Assembly (NCBI GenBank): GCA_963697165.1
Contig: CAVOMX010000012.1
Coordinates: 139,110 to 203,109, forward strand
Length of the DNA: 64,000 nucleotides
Source: Candidatus Bathyarchaeota archaeon
Lineage (GTDB): Archaea; Thermoproteota; Bathyarchaeia; Bathyarchaeales; Bathyarchaeaceae
Reading direction: 5' to 3'
The notes under the pieces: generated by a model
What the model saw: the letters and a program-made list of their open reading frames with translations, nothing else
The model's database searches: none
What the model was told of the DNA's origin: nothing
Program-made: the position numbers and the translations under genes
Shown: positions 47,110-57,586 of the stretch, in pieces
Position numbering within the stretch: the first letter of the stretch is position 1
Layout of the letters: every line of letters begins with the position of its first letter

Positions 47110-47590
47110 CTGTCCCTCTTTTTTTGCGGGGTCATACCATACAGGCGGTTTCTTATTAAAAATAGCAACAACCATGTTTCTTTAGCATGATGTATATTTC
47201 TTTTTGATCTTTTTCATCAACACTAAAAATCTTCAACCGCTTTATTTATCACTTTGTTCGTGTTTGACTCCACCTCAATTTTATTATCCTCCAGATAAAT
47301 TTGGGTTTCACCCTTGTTAACATACTTCAAAATAACGTGAATCTTCTCCCCCAAAGTATACGCCCCAAATCGAAACCATACTTGTTACGTAATTTTAAGC
47401 CTGCAAATTCTTATATAGGATTAACGTTTTCAAGTTTCAAATTACAGCCATTTTTTTGTTGAAACCAGTAAACCACTCGCCATCAATACCACACAATTCT
47501 AAAAACACATGCACATTCTGATTATATTAATTATGTCGCCTATGCCTTTTCAAATCAATTATTTTGAAAAAAATATTATGCGTTCGGGTC

Positions 47591-47695
47591 TGTGGTCGTA
47601 CAGCCAAGTCTGTTTTGATCCGCCATTACACTGAGTATAATTCTGAAAGATTACGCAGAATCTACGAAGAGGCTAACTTAATAGTGTTAGTATAA
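47591..47695 (+). pseudogene. Integrase C-terminal relic containing the catalytic Tyr region
   Basis: CGRTAKSVLIRHYTEYNSERLRRIYEEANLIVLV*. Confidence 0.75.
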
Positions 47696-48213
47696 CCTCC
47701 ATCTGTCACTATGTGGGTTTGCATGTAAATGAAATAATACTATCACTCTTTGTGATTCGGTCTTCTTATTTAAAAAACATAATTCTTAAATTATTTCTCA
47801 ACCATATATTAGTTTGGGGGAAAGAGACAAAGTCTATAATTCGTTAGTGCCTCAAATCTCTGGAAAATACTTTGAAATAACACGAGGCTATGTAACACAG
47901 GTTCAAACTTACGAGAATGGCATTGAATACCTTGATATCAAACAGATCTCAACAATCCAACCAAAAAAGAAAACCTTTCCCCCTTTCCTTTTTTAAGTAC
48001 TTATATTGTAAGTAAAACATCATAAAAACTGGAACCAAAACGACCATTATTCTATATCTCAATAGGAAACTTGTCAAAAAAGCCAGAGATCAAGGCTTAA
48101 ATCTACCAAGAGTCACAGAAAAATCCTTAAATAAAATTTTAAGCTATTTAAGCGACCAAAACAAGCCTTTTTCTCAGTGAATGTTCTCTTTTAAGCAAAA
48201 GAGAAATTTCAAA

Positions 48214-48290
48214 GGTGGGCCGGACCGGATTTGAACCGGCGACCTTCTGCACGTCAAGCAGATGTCCTAACCAGACTAGACGACCGGCCC
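48214..48290 (-). tRNA. tRNA-Val(GAC), intronless
   Basis: GGGCCGG...TCTGC TTGACGT GCAGA...GGTTCAAATCC. Confidence 0.95.
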
Positions 48291-48431
48291 TACAGCCTTT
48301 TTAGGATGTTTTTCTCGTATTTAAGTTTCAGTTTCTTTAGATGCCTAAAATGTAATGGTTCATATACAGAAACCTGGGATCTTTTTCCCATAACGCTTAA
48401 TAGCATTCTTGTATGGTTTAAAATGTCAATT

Positions 48432-48509
48432 GGGCGGGTAGATCAGCCTGGAATGATCGCAGCGTTGGCATCGCTGAAGTCGCGGGTTCAAATCCCGCCC
48501 CGTCCACCA
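48432..48509 (+). tRNA. tRNA-Ala(GGC), intronless, CCA encoded
   Basis: Anticodon arm CAGCG TTGGCAT CGCTG; G3:U70 identity pair. Confidence 0.95.
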
Positions 48510-48549
48510 AACCTTCTTTAGAAGAAGCTTCACCAAGAAACTTCTCCAT
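48472..48549 (-). pseudogene. int(N) fragment of the split integrase
   Basis: GGTGA-n6-ATG at 48549, then MEKFLGEASSKEGLVDGAGFEPA; same frame through the att core as int(C). Confidence 0.6.
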
Positions 48550-48788
48550 GTTGATTCACCACTTAAAAAGAAATGTGTGAAGTTGTATTTACGATTTGCT
48601 TTCAATGGCATGTTAAGTTTATCTTGTAAAAAAGAGTCAGTTAACATTACGATTTTCTATATTTTTTATCCAATAAATTTTAAGTGTAACTTTTAGTAAC
48701 ACTATTTATTGCACATTTCGTGCAAGGGGGAGAGGACAACACTGATTCTGTTATTCTTTCCTATGAAAAATTAGGGGGAGGTGAGAAA

Positions 48789-49358
48789 ATGAGAAAGAAA
48801 ATTATGCTTTTCAGCATTATGTTGTTAGCGTTGCTAATTGTCTCTGCTATTCCCGTTTACGCAGTTCCAACAAAAGGAAATAAAGTGGCAGTTACATTAA
48901 ATATGACTCGAGACCCTTCCCTTGATGAAGAAATTTCTGTGGTAATTACTGGTCCTATAACCCATAGACATGTAATACAATATTATTACGCTACCATTAC
49001 TTTTGATGATGGTACAATTCTTGCAGGAGACGACCCCGAAATTACAAACCTCGTTGTTGAAAGGGAGGTGGTATTTGTGCCGCAAAAGGAGGGAGAAAAA
49101 AGAATTTTCACAGACTACTATGAGTTTACATTCGGAGATGGAGGCTTTGAAGGTCAGGGTACCGTAATATTAGATGGCTTTGTTCTTAATGACCCCCCAC
49201 CAGGAGCAACATGGATTAGTTCGAAAGCATATGGATTGTTCCAAGGAACTGGAGCATTTGAGGGACAAACACTTAATGTTGGGCACACTTGGGGAGCACC
49301 TGGTAGTTCTGTAGCAGATTGGACTGGATACTGGCTAAAGTGTCAAGTATATCCTTAA
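48789..49358 (+). CDS. Secreted beta-rich hypothetical protein
   Basis: GGAGGTGA ribosome-binding site; signal peptide MRKKIMLF...VYA; GTGAFEG motif. Confidence 0.75.
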   Translation: MRKKIMLFSIMLLALLIVSAIPVYAVPTKGNKVAVTLNMTRDPSLDEEISVVITGPITHRHVIQYYYATITFDDGTILAGDDPEITNLVVEREVVFVPQKEGEKRIFTDYYEFTFGDGGFEGQGTVILDGFVLNDPPPGATWISSKAYGLFQGTGAFEGQTLNVGHTWGAPGSSVADWTGYWLKCQVYP

Positions 49359-49414
49359 ATTGGGTTTTCAATCCCATATTCTCCTCTTTTTTTCTCACCA
49401 GAAAAACAGAAACA

Positions 49415-49499
49415 TCAGATTAACACTTTCAAGTTAGCTCCATCATATATTTTTTTCAATCTTTCAAGGTTATAGTCAGTGTAATGTCTGCAATAAGAC
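49415..49499 (-). pseudogene. Integrase C-terminal relic
   Basis: RHYTDYNLERLKKIYDGANLKVLI*. Confidence 0.7.
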
Positions 49500-49691
49500 A
49501 ATCAGCAAAAATGTCAATGACCTTAACCTCGAGAAAATAGCGAATTTGATTCAGCAAGCTAATGAGAGAAGTTCTAAAGTCAACCTGAAATGTCTATTCA
49601 AGAGCTTGAAAAAGTCGAGACCTTTTAACTCTCAACGGCAATAATACTATCGCGCTAATATTACTAACCCTATTGAACGAGGAGGTGAGAT

Positions 49692-49853
49692 GTGAATTTG
49701 AAAGAATATGCTTGCATACAAGTTAATCACCACAAAGAAATACCTACGGCAATTGCTGATATGCAGAATATAGGTTGGCGTCTTCATACCTATCAGGCTA
49801 ATGGGTTTGGTACAGATGTAAAGCACTAATTATTATTTGAAAAGGGTGACTAA
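49692..49853 (+). pseudogene. Small hypothetical ORF with an internal stop
   Basis: GGAGGTGA site; NLKEYACIQVNHH...GWRLHTYQ...H*LLFEKGD. Confidence 0.45.
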
Positions 49854-50037
49854 GCACACATGCTAAAAGGGGGTTGAAGAAGTCGCGACCTAATAGCAGG
49901 TAAGAAGATAACGCTCGCTCTGGAGGAGTATCGCCTTATCACGGCTCATTTTTGGATGTTGTTAATCATATATGTATATGTTCTAAAACTTAGTTTTTTA
50001 TATTTCGCGCACTAATTAATGAAATAAGGAGATCAAA

Positions 50038-50217
50038 ATGAAATATAGAGTTCATAGGATTGATATTGATTTGACAAAAGGTCAACTTAAGTTAGAGCAA
50101 TTTTTGAATGACTTAGAGGGTGACGTTGTTACAATAATTCCCAATGTTAATCCAAAGTTTACTGGTGGAGGAATGGGTGCAAAAGTAGATTTTCTTCTAA
50201 TAATTGAAAAAATCTAA
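50038..50217 (+). CDS. Small hypothetical protein (59 aa)
   Basis: AGGAG site; MKYRVHRIDID...LEQFLNDLEGDVVTIIPNV...DFLLIIEKI. Confidence 0.65.
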   Translation: MKYRVHRIDIDLTKGQLKLEQFLNDLEGDVVTIIPNVNPKFTGGGMGAKVDFLLIIEKI

Positions 50218-50399
50218 ACACCATAAACACAAAAACTAAATCCTAATTCACTCAATTTTTAGTTACTATTTAGTAAATTTGTGATAAACTAAAACTATGA
50301 GATAAGCCTCTTTATAGATCATCATATTCTTCATGGCCTTTAGAAATGATAGGAATTCCCCAAAAAAATTAATTCATAATTAGCTCATAGATTGAAACT

Positions 50400-50945
50400 A
50401 TGTTACCAGAACAACGTGAAGAACTACTCAGAGCATTGAAAGCCCGTTTTGAGAAAAATATGAACCGCCATAATGGTCTTGAATGGGCTAAAGTACAAGC
50501 AAAGCTGGAAGCTAATGCTGAAAAATTATGGTCGCTCAATGAAATGGAAAGAACTGGCGGTGAACCGGATGTTGTTGGTCATGATAAAAAGACGGGCGAA
50601 TACATTTTTTATGATTGTTCAGCGGAAAGCCCTAAAGGTCGCAGAAATGTTTGTTACGACCGTGAAGGGCAAGAGTCAAGGAAAGAATTTAGACCAGAAA
50701 ATAACGCTGTTGATATGGCAGCTGCCATGGGTATTGAGCTTTTAACGGAAGAACAATATCGAGAGTTGCAGAAACTTGGTAATTTCGATACGAAGACGTC
50801 GAGCTGGGTGAAAACGCCTTCTGATATTAGAAAACTCGGCGGCGCCCTCTTTGCTGATCGCCGCTACGACCATGTTTTCGTTTATCACAACAGTGCGTCC
50901 TCTTACTATGGCGCTAGGGCGTTCCGTGGCTCGCTAAGGGTCTAA
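50400..50945 (+). CDS. DUF4256 family protein
   Basis: LKARFEKNMNRH, EMERTGGEPDVV, YHNSASSYYGARAFRG. Confidence 0.85.
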   Translation: MLPEQREELLRALKARFEKNMNRHNGLEWAKVQAKLEANAEKLWSLNEMERTGGEPDVVGHDKKTGEYIFYDCSAESPKGRRNVCYDREGQESRKEFRPENNAVDMAAAMGIELLTEEQYRELQKLGNFDTKTSSWVKTPSDIRKLGGALFADRRYDHVFVYHNSASSYYGARAFRGSLRV

Positions 50946-51009
50946 ATTTGGAAAATGAATATTTAACACATCATAGTGATGGACGCGTTTTTGGAGTATA
51001 TTATGGGAT

Positions 51010-51264
51010 TTGAAGAATAGAGGATATTACGAAAGAACATTGAAGGGTTATAGCAAAAGATTTAAGCTGTTAGTTAAAAATCCAAATCTGGACGATTCTG
51101 ATTCTGTTAATCGTTTTATTGCAAGTAGCGAAGGCTGGTCTAATTTCTATAAAGAAGGCGTGGTTAAGGCATATGTTCATTATGTCAGATATTACGGATT
51201 AAGCATCATTAAGTTCGCTTTTTCATTGATTTCTTTTGATCTCTCTATTCAATGTGGATTGTAG
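51010..51264 (+). pseudogene. Probable N-terminal (core-binding) fragment of another integrase
   Basis: RTLKGYSKRFK...NLDDSDSVNRFIAS..WSNFYKEGVVKAYVHY; no catalytic domain follows. Confidence 0.45.
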
Positions 51265-51363
51265 TGTTTAGCCAGAACGTTTCCAGATTCTGCCCTAACC
51301 GCAAACATATTTAGGAGTTGTTGCTAGAATACTAAGAAGAGTTTTGGGGGAATGTGAGTCTTT

Positions 51364-51861
51364 ATGTCTCTTCTTGATTTGATTCTCAGCCGAAGGAGCA
51401 TTAGAAAATATGAAAACAAAGATATACCCGAAGATGTTTTGCAGCAAATTCTTGAGACTGGCAGACAGGCTCCTTCAGCTGCTAATAGACAGCCTATTCG
51501 TTTCATCATTGTAAATGATCATGATATACTAAAGAACTTATGCGATAATTTGATTACCCGTTTTGTCAAATATGCTCCCGTCGCGATTGTTGGGTGTGCA
51601 GACATAAAATCGCTTTTGACTGGAAAATGGGCCGTTGTTGACGCTACAATTGCAATGGAGAACATGGTTATTGCCGCGTGGACTTTAGGGATCGGTTCAT
51701 GTTGGATAGGAGCTTGCAACGAAGAAAAAGTTAAGGAAATGCTGAAAATCCCTGATAAATGGAAGGTTGTTGCGTTATTAACTTTCGGGTATCCTGCCGA
51801 AAAGCCAGAACAAAGAAAGAAGAAACCTTTTGAAAAAATGTTTAGCTTTAACAGTTTCTAA
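51364..51861 (+). CDS. Nitroreductase family protein
   Basis: RRSIRKY, APSAANRQP, GIGSCWIG, GYPAE. Confidence 0.93.
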   Translation: MSLLDLILSRRSIRKYENKDIPEDVLQQILETGRQAPSAANRQPIRFIIVNDHDILKNLCDNLITRFVKYAPVAIVGCADIKSLLTGKWAVVDATIAMENMVIAAWTLGIGSCWIGACNEEKVKEMLKIPDKWKVVALLTFGYPAEKPEQRKKKPFEKMFSFNSF

Positions 51862-51980
51862 ATACTTGTAGATAGGAACAGTTATTTTGTTTTTCTGGAA
51901 CCTACTTGTCTAATCATCTTTAAATCAGCTTTTTCATAAATTTCTTTAAGATTGAGAACGATACTTCAATATGATCAAAC

Positions 51981-52394
51981 ATGTTATCCAATGCAACAGA
52001 TATTTATAATGAAGAGAGGGAATTGGAAGTTCTTTCAGAGATGGCCATTAAAACAAAAGAAATTGATTGGAAACCAGCGATTATATTGTCAGCTGCCTAT
52101 CTGGAAAAGTTTGGAGTGTTGAGAATATCCGAGTTTCTAAAGAATCGTAGAATTAAACTTGGTAAGAAATTGGATAATCTTTCCCTTAATGATCTATCCG
52201 TTTTTCTTTATACGTTGTACCAAATTAACGATAAAGAATTTACCCAAATCAACCAAATTCGAAAAGAGAGAAATAGAATTATTCATCCAAGAGGAACCAG
52301 AATTCCAGTGCATTTTGGTGAAAAAGCTAACAATAAATATGAAAAAATGGTTGAGAATGCAATTAACATAATTTCTTCATTGAAATCAGATTAG
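51981..52394 (+). CDS. Helical protein with HEPN-like Rx4H motif
   Basis: AIILSAAYLE N-terminal helix and IRKERNRIIH. Confidence 0.5.
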   Translation: MLSNATDIYNEERELEVLSEMAIKTKEIDWKPAIILSAAYLEKFGVLRISEFLKNRRIKLGKKLDNLSLNDLSVFLYTLYQINDKEFTQINQIRKERNRIIHPRGTRIPVHFGEKANNKYEKMVENAINIISSLKSD

Positions 52395-52756
52395 TGAATC
52401 ACCAAGTTTGCTTTTATCCTATTCGCCTTTTTCAAATAGCAAATAATGATTTACGGCCATCATTGCCCCAATTCCAGCACAAGCATAAGTATGGAGATGC
52501 CAGCCTTTCTTTTGCCATTCTTCAATCACTTCACCAACATTCTTATGATCACCAACTATCACGCATTTCCACTCCTTCAAAATCAATCACCTCAAAACCC
52601 AATAGAACAAAGAAATTAATCTACCTTCTTAAGCCAACTTTCAATAAAAGAGTCGAAAGTTTGCTTTCCATAGATTTTCTTCAATCTTTCTGGACTATGA
52701 TCAGTATAATGTCTTCAAAAATGCTAAGTAGATTACCGCAAAACTTGTTACCATCC

Positions 52757-53824
52757 TTATTTACTGGAGCGTGATAAAACCACAATTAATATGAAGATTA
52801 TGAATAGTATGATGCCTGCCTCAAAAAGAAAAGGAGGAAATTGAAGTTCTTGCCCTACTATAAATTCAAATTTTTGTTCTGAAGAAAAATCTTCGTAATC
52901 CATTGCATAAACTGTACCTGTTACTTTTGTTCCATCGGGTTGTTTTGGAATTACTGCTTCATAGTATGATCCCTTTTTAATCATTGGAATTTCCTGAGAA
53001 TTGCTCCCAATTTGATAATTAAGAAAAACTGTGTTGATGGTTGAGATTGCGCTTTCTATCGTTGCCTTTACTATTACATCGTCTTCTGCTTTCGGATTTT
53101 TGGGAGAATATTCGACATTAAATTTAGAGAATCCTAGTAAATATGAATTCCAGTCTCCATCGGAATAATCGGGAGGCGTCCAACCTAATGGGTTAACTTC
53201 CCCCGTTGCTTCAACCCATATCCATCCATACTCTCTTCCATCATCTGGAAGATCCCAATAATAGTTTGCATTATCGTATTCTGGGAGCCAAATAAGTAAT
53301 GCAACATGTTCTGGTGGTTCAACCAGTGCTACTTCAATTTTTGAAGCAAGATATATAGTAGCACATAGAAAAGCCAAATCCTCACAGTCACCGATTGCCA
53401 CTGAATATGTGTTTTCATCAAACATGTACGCCATTTCGTCTGCATTCCATGCCCATTCTTCTTGAGCTATGCCATTTCTGAAAACATTATCTTCGTCATA
53501 ACCATAATCTGTCCATCTTTGTACATAATTTAGAATTGCTTCAGCTCTTTCCACTTTATTATCATAATTTTGTTCAAACCATTCTCCAATTTCATATGCT
53601 AGTTCTTTGTCAGAGCCAAGTGATTCATACGCAACATATGGTAGAAATCCATCTTCCCCAGCGTAGAAGTTTCTGTTATAATCCCAAGTATCATACCAAT
53701 ATCCGTTTTTATAAGTAAATTCTGGAGGGTACACTCCTCCACTAGGTATTGCGTAAGCAACATTTATGCTCAATAAAATAGTGATAATAAAAGTTGATAG
53801 TTTTAGTTTTCTAGAAAGTCTCAT
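52757..53824 (-). CDS. Secreted, membrane-anchored transglutaminase-like (cysteine protease fold) protein
   Basis: Signal peptide, GDCEDLA, HVALL, VEATG, C-terminal TM. Confidence 0.75.
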   Translation of the reverse strand: MRLSRKLKLSTFIITILLSINVAYAIPSGGVYPPEFTYKNGYWYDTWDYNRNFYAGEDGFLPYVAYESLGSDKELAYEIGEWFEQNYDNKVERAEAILNYVQRWTDYGYDEDNVFRNGIAQEEWAWNADEMAYMFDENTYSVAIGDCEDLAFLCATIYLASKIEVALVEPPEHVALLIWLPEYDNANYYWDLPDDGREYGWIWVEATGEVNPLGWTPPDYSDGDWNSYLLGFSKFNVEYSPKNPKAEDDVIVKATIESAISTINTVFLNYQIGSNSQEIPMIKKGSYYEAVIPKQPDGTKVTGTVYAMDYEDFSSEQKFEFIVGQELQFPPFLFEAGIILFIIFILIVVLSRSSK

Positions 53825-53837
53825 TTATTTTCCACTT

Positions 53838-54323
53838 TCATCCTAGAGGGATCATAAGGCTTCCATAGATCAGTAAACCCAAGAACACTTCATATCCAAA
53901 AAGAAATACCCCTACAGCTATAGGTGATTTGTTTATATCATCTAAATCAATTCCAAAAGGAGTCAATTTAGCAAATACAAAATAAAACAGCCACCCAAAA
54001 ATTAAACTTACAAAAAAACTTAATCCGACAACAAAGAGTCGCTGCAGATTGAAAAATGAAGCAAACAAGACTGATTGCCCTAGAAAAAAGGGATTAACCA
54101 TCGATCCATAAACAACGAATCCTGCGAAGATTAGAAAACCGCTTACAAACAGACTTGTTGCAATTGGATCTCCTTTAATGCTTTTGAATTCGTTGATTTT
54201 AGTTGTGATATGAGTTAGGGCTTTTATTGAAATAATCCCGATTATTAAACAAATTAAGCTTGAAATGAATGCTCGAGTAAACCAAAGCAGTAAAGTAGTA
54301 AAGAATTCTGAAGCTATTGCCAT
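53838..54323 (-). CDS. DUF350-like four-TM membrane protein
   Basis: Duplicated helix-hairpin: ITTKINEFKSIKGDPIA and LTPFGIDLDDINKSPIA. Confidence 0.65.
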   Translation of the reverse strand: MAIASEFFTTLLLWFTRAFISSLICLIIGIISIKALTHITTKINEFKSIKGDPIATSLFVSGFLIFAGFVVYGSMVNPFFLGQSVLFASFFNLQRLFVVGLSFFVSLIFGWLFYFVFAKLTPFGIDLDDINKSPIAVGVFLFGYEVFLGLLIYGSLMIPLG

Positions 54324-54411
54324 ATTCCTTCCCCTAAATGCATCTATTATAATTGAAAATAATTTAAGGTTACTGGCAGATTATCCTGAGAACGACTTCT
54401 AAATCCCGATA

Positions 54412-54503
54412 TTACACTTCAGGTTTGTTTTTTTATAGATTTCTTTCAACCTTTCTGGCGAATAATCCGTATAATATCTTCCCAAGAATACTTTGGGAAA
54501 ACC
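54412..54503 (-). pseudogene. Integrase C-terminal relic
   Basis: LGRYYTDYSPERLKEIYKKTNLK. Confidence 0.72.
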
Positions 54504-55041
54504 TTCACTGAATAAAATATTTGGCACTTTCAATAACTTTCCACAAATCATTTGTCAAAAACAAACCCACTAAATGTTAATTATTGAGGAGAGGTAGTAA
54601 TTGATTTCAAAAATAGGAGAATTTTTTGCAGAAATAGTTAAATTTAGCAATTTTATTATTGTTGGATGAGACATTGGAAAGAAAGGAAGGGAAATGATAA
54701 ACCCTCCATGTCGTCACCGATAATGGCACTTTCCAATTCTCATCCCAGGGAAAGAATACTCAAACTGATTAGCTAAAGGCCTCGGTTTGAGACCTTTAAA
54801 ATTTTACTATCAGTCAAGTACTCTTTGGATTACTATAGTGTTTATCTTTAGATAATATTTATCACTATCCACTACGATTTGTTAAAGAATTAGTGACATT
54901 AATTGTAACTTAGTTTTATATGCATTTATGTTAAAATATATTTTTTTAAATGGAGTCACTTAAATTGTTACCTTTATCTTATATTAATTAGATAATGTGA
55001 AAAATTATAATAGAAAGAAGGCCTTTGGGATGAATCATTGT

Positions 55042-55950
55042 TTAGTCTGATACTATAGTCAAGTTTGCATTTTTATAGATTTCTTTCAATATTTCTGGAG
55101 AATAATCCATGTAATTTCTTCCCACGATACTACGAGGGACTCTACCGCAGAAAGCATCGATATATCTATTGGCAAATCCAAGCCTTCCCATTTCATTACA
55201 GAACCAATCACGCAAATCACTCGGTATCAACTTAACTCCTGACTTTTCGGAAGTTATTTGCCAACGATACGTTATCCCAGACTTTCCAAAACCTTTTCTG
55301 AATATTCTGCTGTCCGCACCAATTTCTCGAGAAGCCATAAATTTCTTCAGAACCATTTTTGCTTCAGAGTTAATGAAAGTTACAAAAGTATTTTTTGTTC
55401 CCCTAATAATTGCTTGTTCATTATTCGGAATAACCATACCCTATCTAAATTAACATCTTTTGGTGTTAGTTCTGTTGCTTCATGATGCCTAAGCCCAGAC
55501 GTTGCAAATACTAGAAATAAGGCTCTATCACCAAGATTAGAAAATCCTTCGTTGTAGAACTTTTGTAATTCACTTTTATTTTTGGTAATTAGTATAGGCC
55601 TGTCAATTCTTGGAAACTTGAAACTTTTACCTATTTCTTCACATCCAAGAAAACGAGTGAAAACTCTTACTGCTTTGATCGCATTTGAAATGATAAACAC
55701 CAGAACTTCTTTTCCCCTTTTTTAAGAAACTTCTGAAATCTTCTTTGGTTGGGGGACATATTCTCACATCACTTAACAGACTTCTAATTCATTGAGTGTG
55801 ATGTTGTATAATTCTTGGTTTTCTACGTTCGTCAACTTCTAACCATTCACTGAATTTTTCTAGTGTACCTTCAATTTCAGAATCATTTAACTTATTTTGA
55901 TGTACTAAATTTGACGCTAAAGCCGCGGGTTCAAATCCCGCCCCGTCCAC
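55042..55950 (-). pseudogene. Tyrosine recombinase int(C), disrupted (stop near 55790, frameshifts)
   Basis: Begins VDGAGFEPA across the att; FATSGLRHHEA, DLRDWFCNEM, FCGRVPRSIVGRNYMDYSPE. Confidence 0.88.
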
Positions 55951-56105
55951 TTTTGTTTCACAAAATTTTGTTGATTGGAGCTTGAATTGGGGGTGGGTTA
56001 TTAGTACCAGTAATTAACTACCAGAAATCTAAGTAATTTTCCATCATTTTTGGGCCAGACATAACTTCTCTTTCCAAATTTAGAGGCACAGTCGGAGCAG
56101 AAGTA

Positions 56106-56564
56106 ATGGTTAGTCGCTCTTCTCTTTTTAGCAGTCAAACAATCCCTTTTATTCATACTGGCTCATCCGCTGAAGATAGTATTCTATGTATATTCTTTTT
56201 AAGATCCGTGAATATGATTGATAACATGCCATATACAGATATAGATGCAATAACTACCCAAAATATGATTACTGATGGCAATTATCCAAACATAGTAATT
56301 TTAGACGTGAGAACCCAGAGCGAGTATGATAAAGGACATTTAGACAATGCCATTTTAATGCCTATAACAGAACTGAAATCAAGAATTGATGAATTATTAC
56401 AATACAAAGATACAGAAATAGTAGTTTACTGTCATATAGGCGCTCGAAGTGCTGATGCATCAAGCATTCTGGATTCCAACAATTTCACTAAAGTTTATAA
56501 TGTTCTTGGCGGAATTACAGCTTGGAAATCTGCAAACTACCCTATTATCTCAAAGTTTTCATAG
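56106..56564 (+). CDS. Rhodanese-like domain protein
   Basis: ILDVRTQSEYDKGHL, VVYCHIGARS, LGGITAW. Confidence 0.88.
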   Translation: MVSRSSLFSSQTIPFIHTGSSAEDSILCIFFLRSVNMIDNMPYTDIDAITTQNMITDGNYPNIVILDVRTQSEYDKGHLDNAILMPITELKSRIDELLQYKDTEIVVYCHIGARSADASSILDSNNFTKVYNVLGGITAWKSANYPIISKFS

Positions 56565-57586
56565 TTGTAATTGAGGTTGAGGAGTTTCTATATTCTCAGT
56601 TTTTCTGCGCATTCAGGGCAGAAGTAGTGGTTATGGCTTTGTCTCTGTTGGCATGTGATCCTGTCCCCTAAATTGAATTTGTAGCTTCAGTTTTTGAAGC
56701 CACAGGTTAAATTATGGTCGTTTCGCGTGTCAAGATTTAGTGTGTAAGTAATAGTTCCCCAGGTCATTTTACACGCTGAAATATTACTTAATGGTGACAA
56801 AATATTTAATACTTTTTTATTAATTAAAAAGCATAATTAGCAAAAAATGCGAGGTGTCACCACAAATATTAATTTTTTATAGTGAGAAAGGAAGCATTAC
56901 CTCAACAATAACAAACTGAGCCATCAGGGTTAGATTAAGCTAGTTTTAGACTGGGGTACAACTCTTTTTAAATTAGAGAAAATGCAATAATTAAATCTGT
57001 TCCAGATTCAGATACATGTTCTTCAAACATCTTTCTTGACTACTCTTTTTTATTTCCAAATGAGTAGATAATCTAATGTTACCGTTTTTAAAACTGGATG
57101 TTAGTTTGTGGTTCATTCCGCGTAGAATCTGGGCTATAAATCTGAATCAGCAATTCCGAACACATTTAAAGTTTGAGATTCAGATTTATCACAATAATTC
57201 TGCTATGTGTGGTTGGAAAATACCCAAAATATTTCAAATAAATCAAAAAGGAAATGAGAAATGATGGACATCAATGTTAGAAGTTTTCTAAAATCTTTTA
57301 CATTTGATTTGTTAACAACTTTGAGTACATTGGTTTTCCTTTTCGTTTTAGGTCAATTATTTCACATCTTGATAAATTAGTTTTTGTTCTATTAAAAAGT
57401 ATAAATAACGTCATTATAAACAAGAAAAAAACAATCTAACATTACTGTTATTTTATGAAAAAGAAAAAGTAAGAAAAAAGCATTTTTTGCACTTACTGAT
57501 GAGGAAGACGACTATGTATCACTATTTATTTTCCTTTCATAAACTTTTAAAAACCTATTGAATGAACTAAAATAGAGATAAACCGA

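Larger units (their letters stand above)
45334..48259. mobile_element. Decayed integrative element at tRNA-Val(GAC), bounded by a degenerate direct repeat
   Basis: 45334-45379 matches the tRNA 3' half 48214-48259 at 37/46 nt; integrase relics lie inside. Confidence 0.72.
48472..55950. mobile_element. Integrated element (about 7.5 kb) at tRNA-Ala(GGC) with SSV1-type split integrase
   Basis: 55915-55950 repeats the tRNA 3' part 48472-48507 at 34/36 nt; int(C) reads from the distal att and int(N) reads into the tRNA. Confidence 0.85.

Noticed and set aside
48231..48647. ORFs overlapping tRNA-Val(GAC) and tRNA-Ala
   Set aside because: Spurious translations across tRNA genes; only the short int(N) frame from 48549 has support
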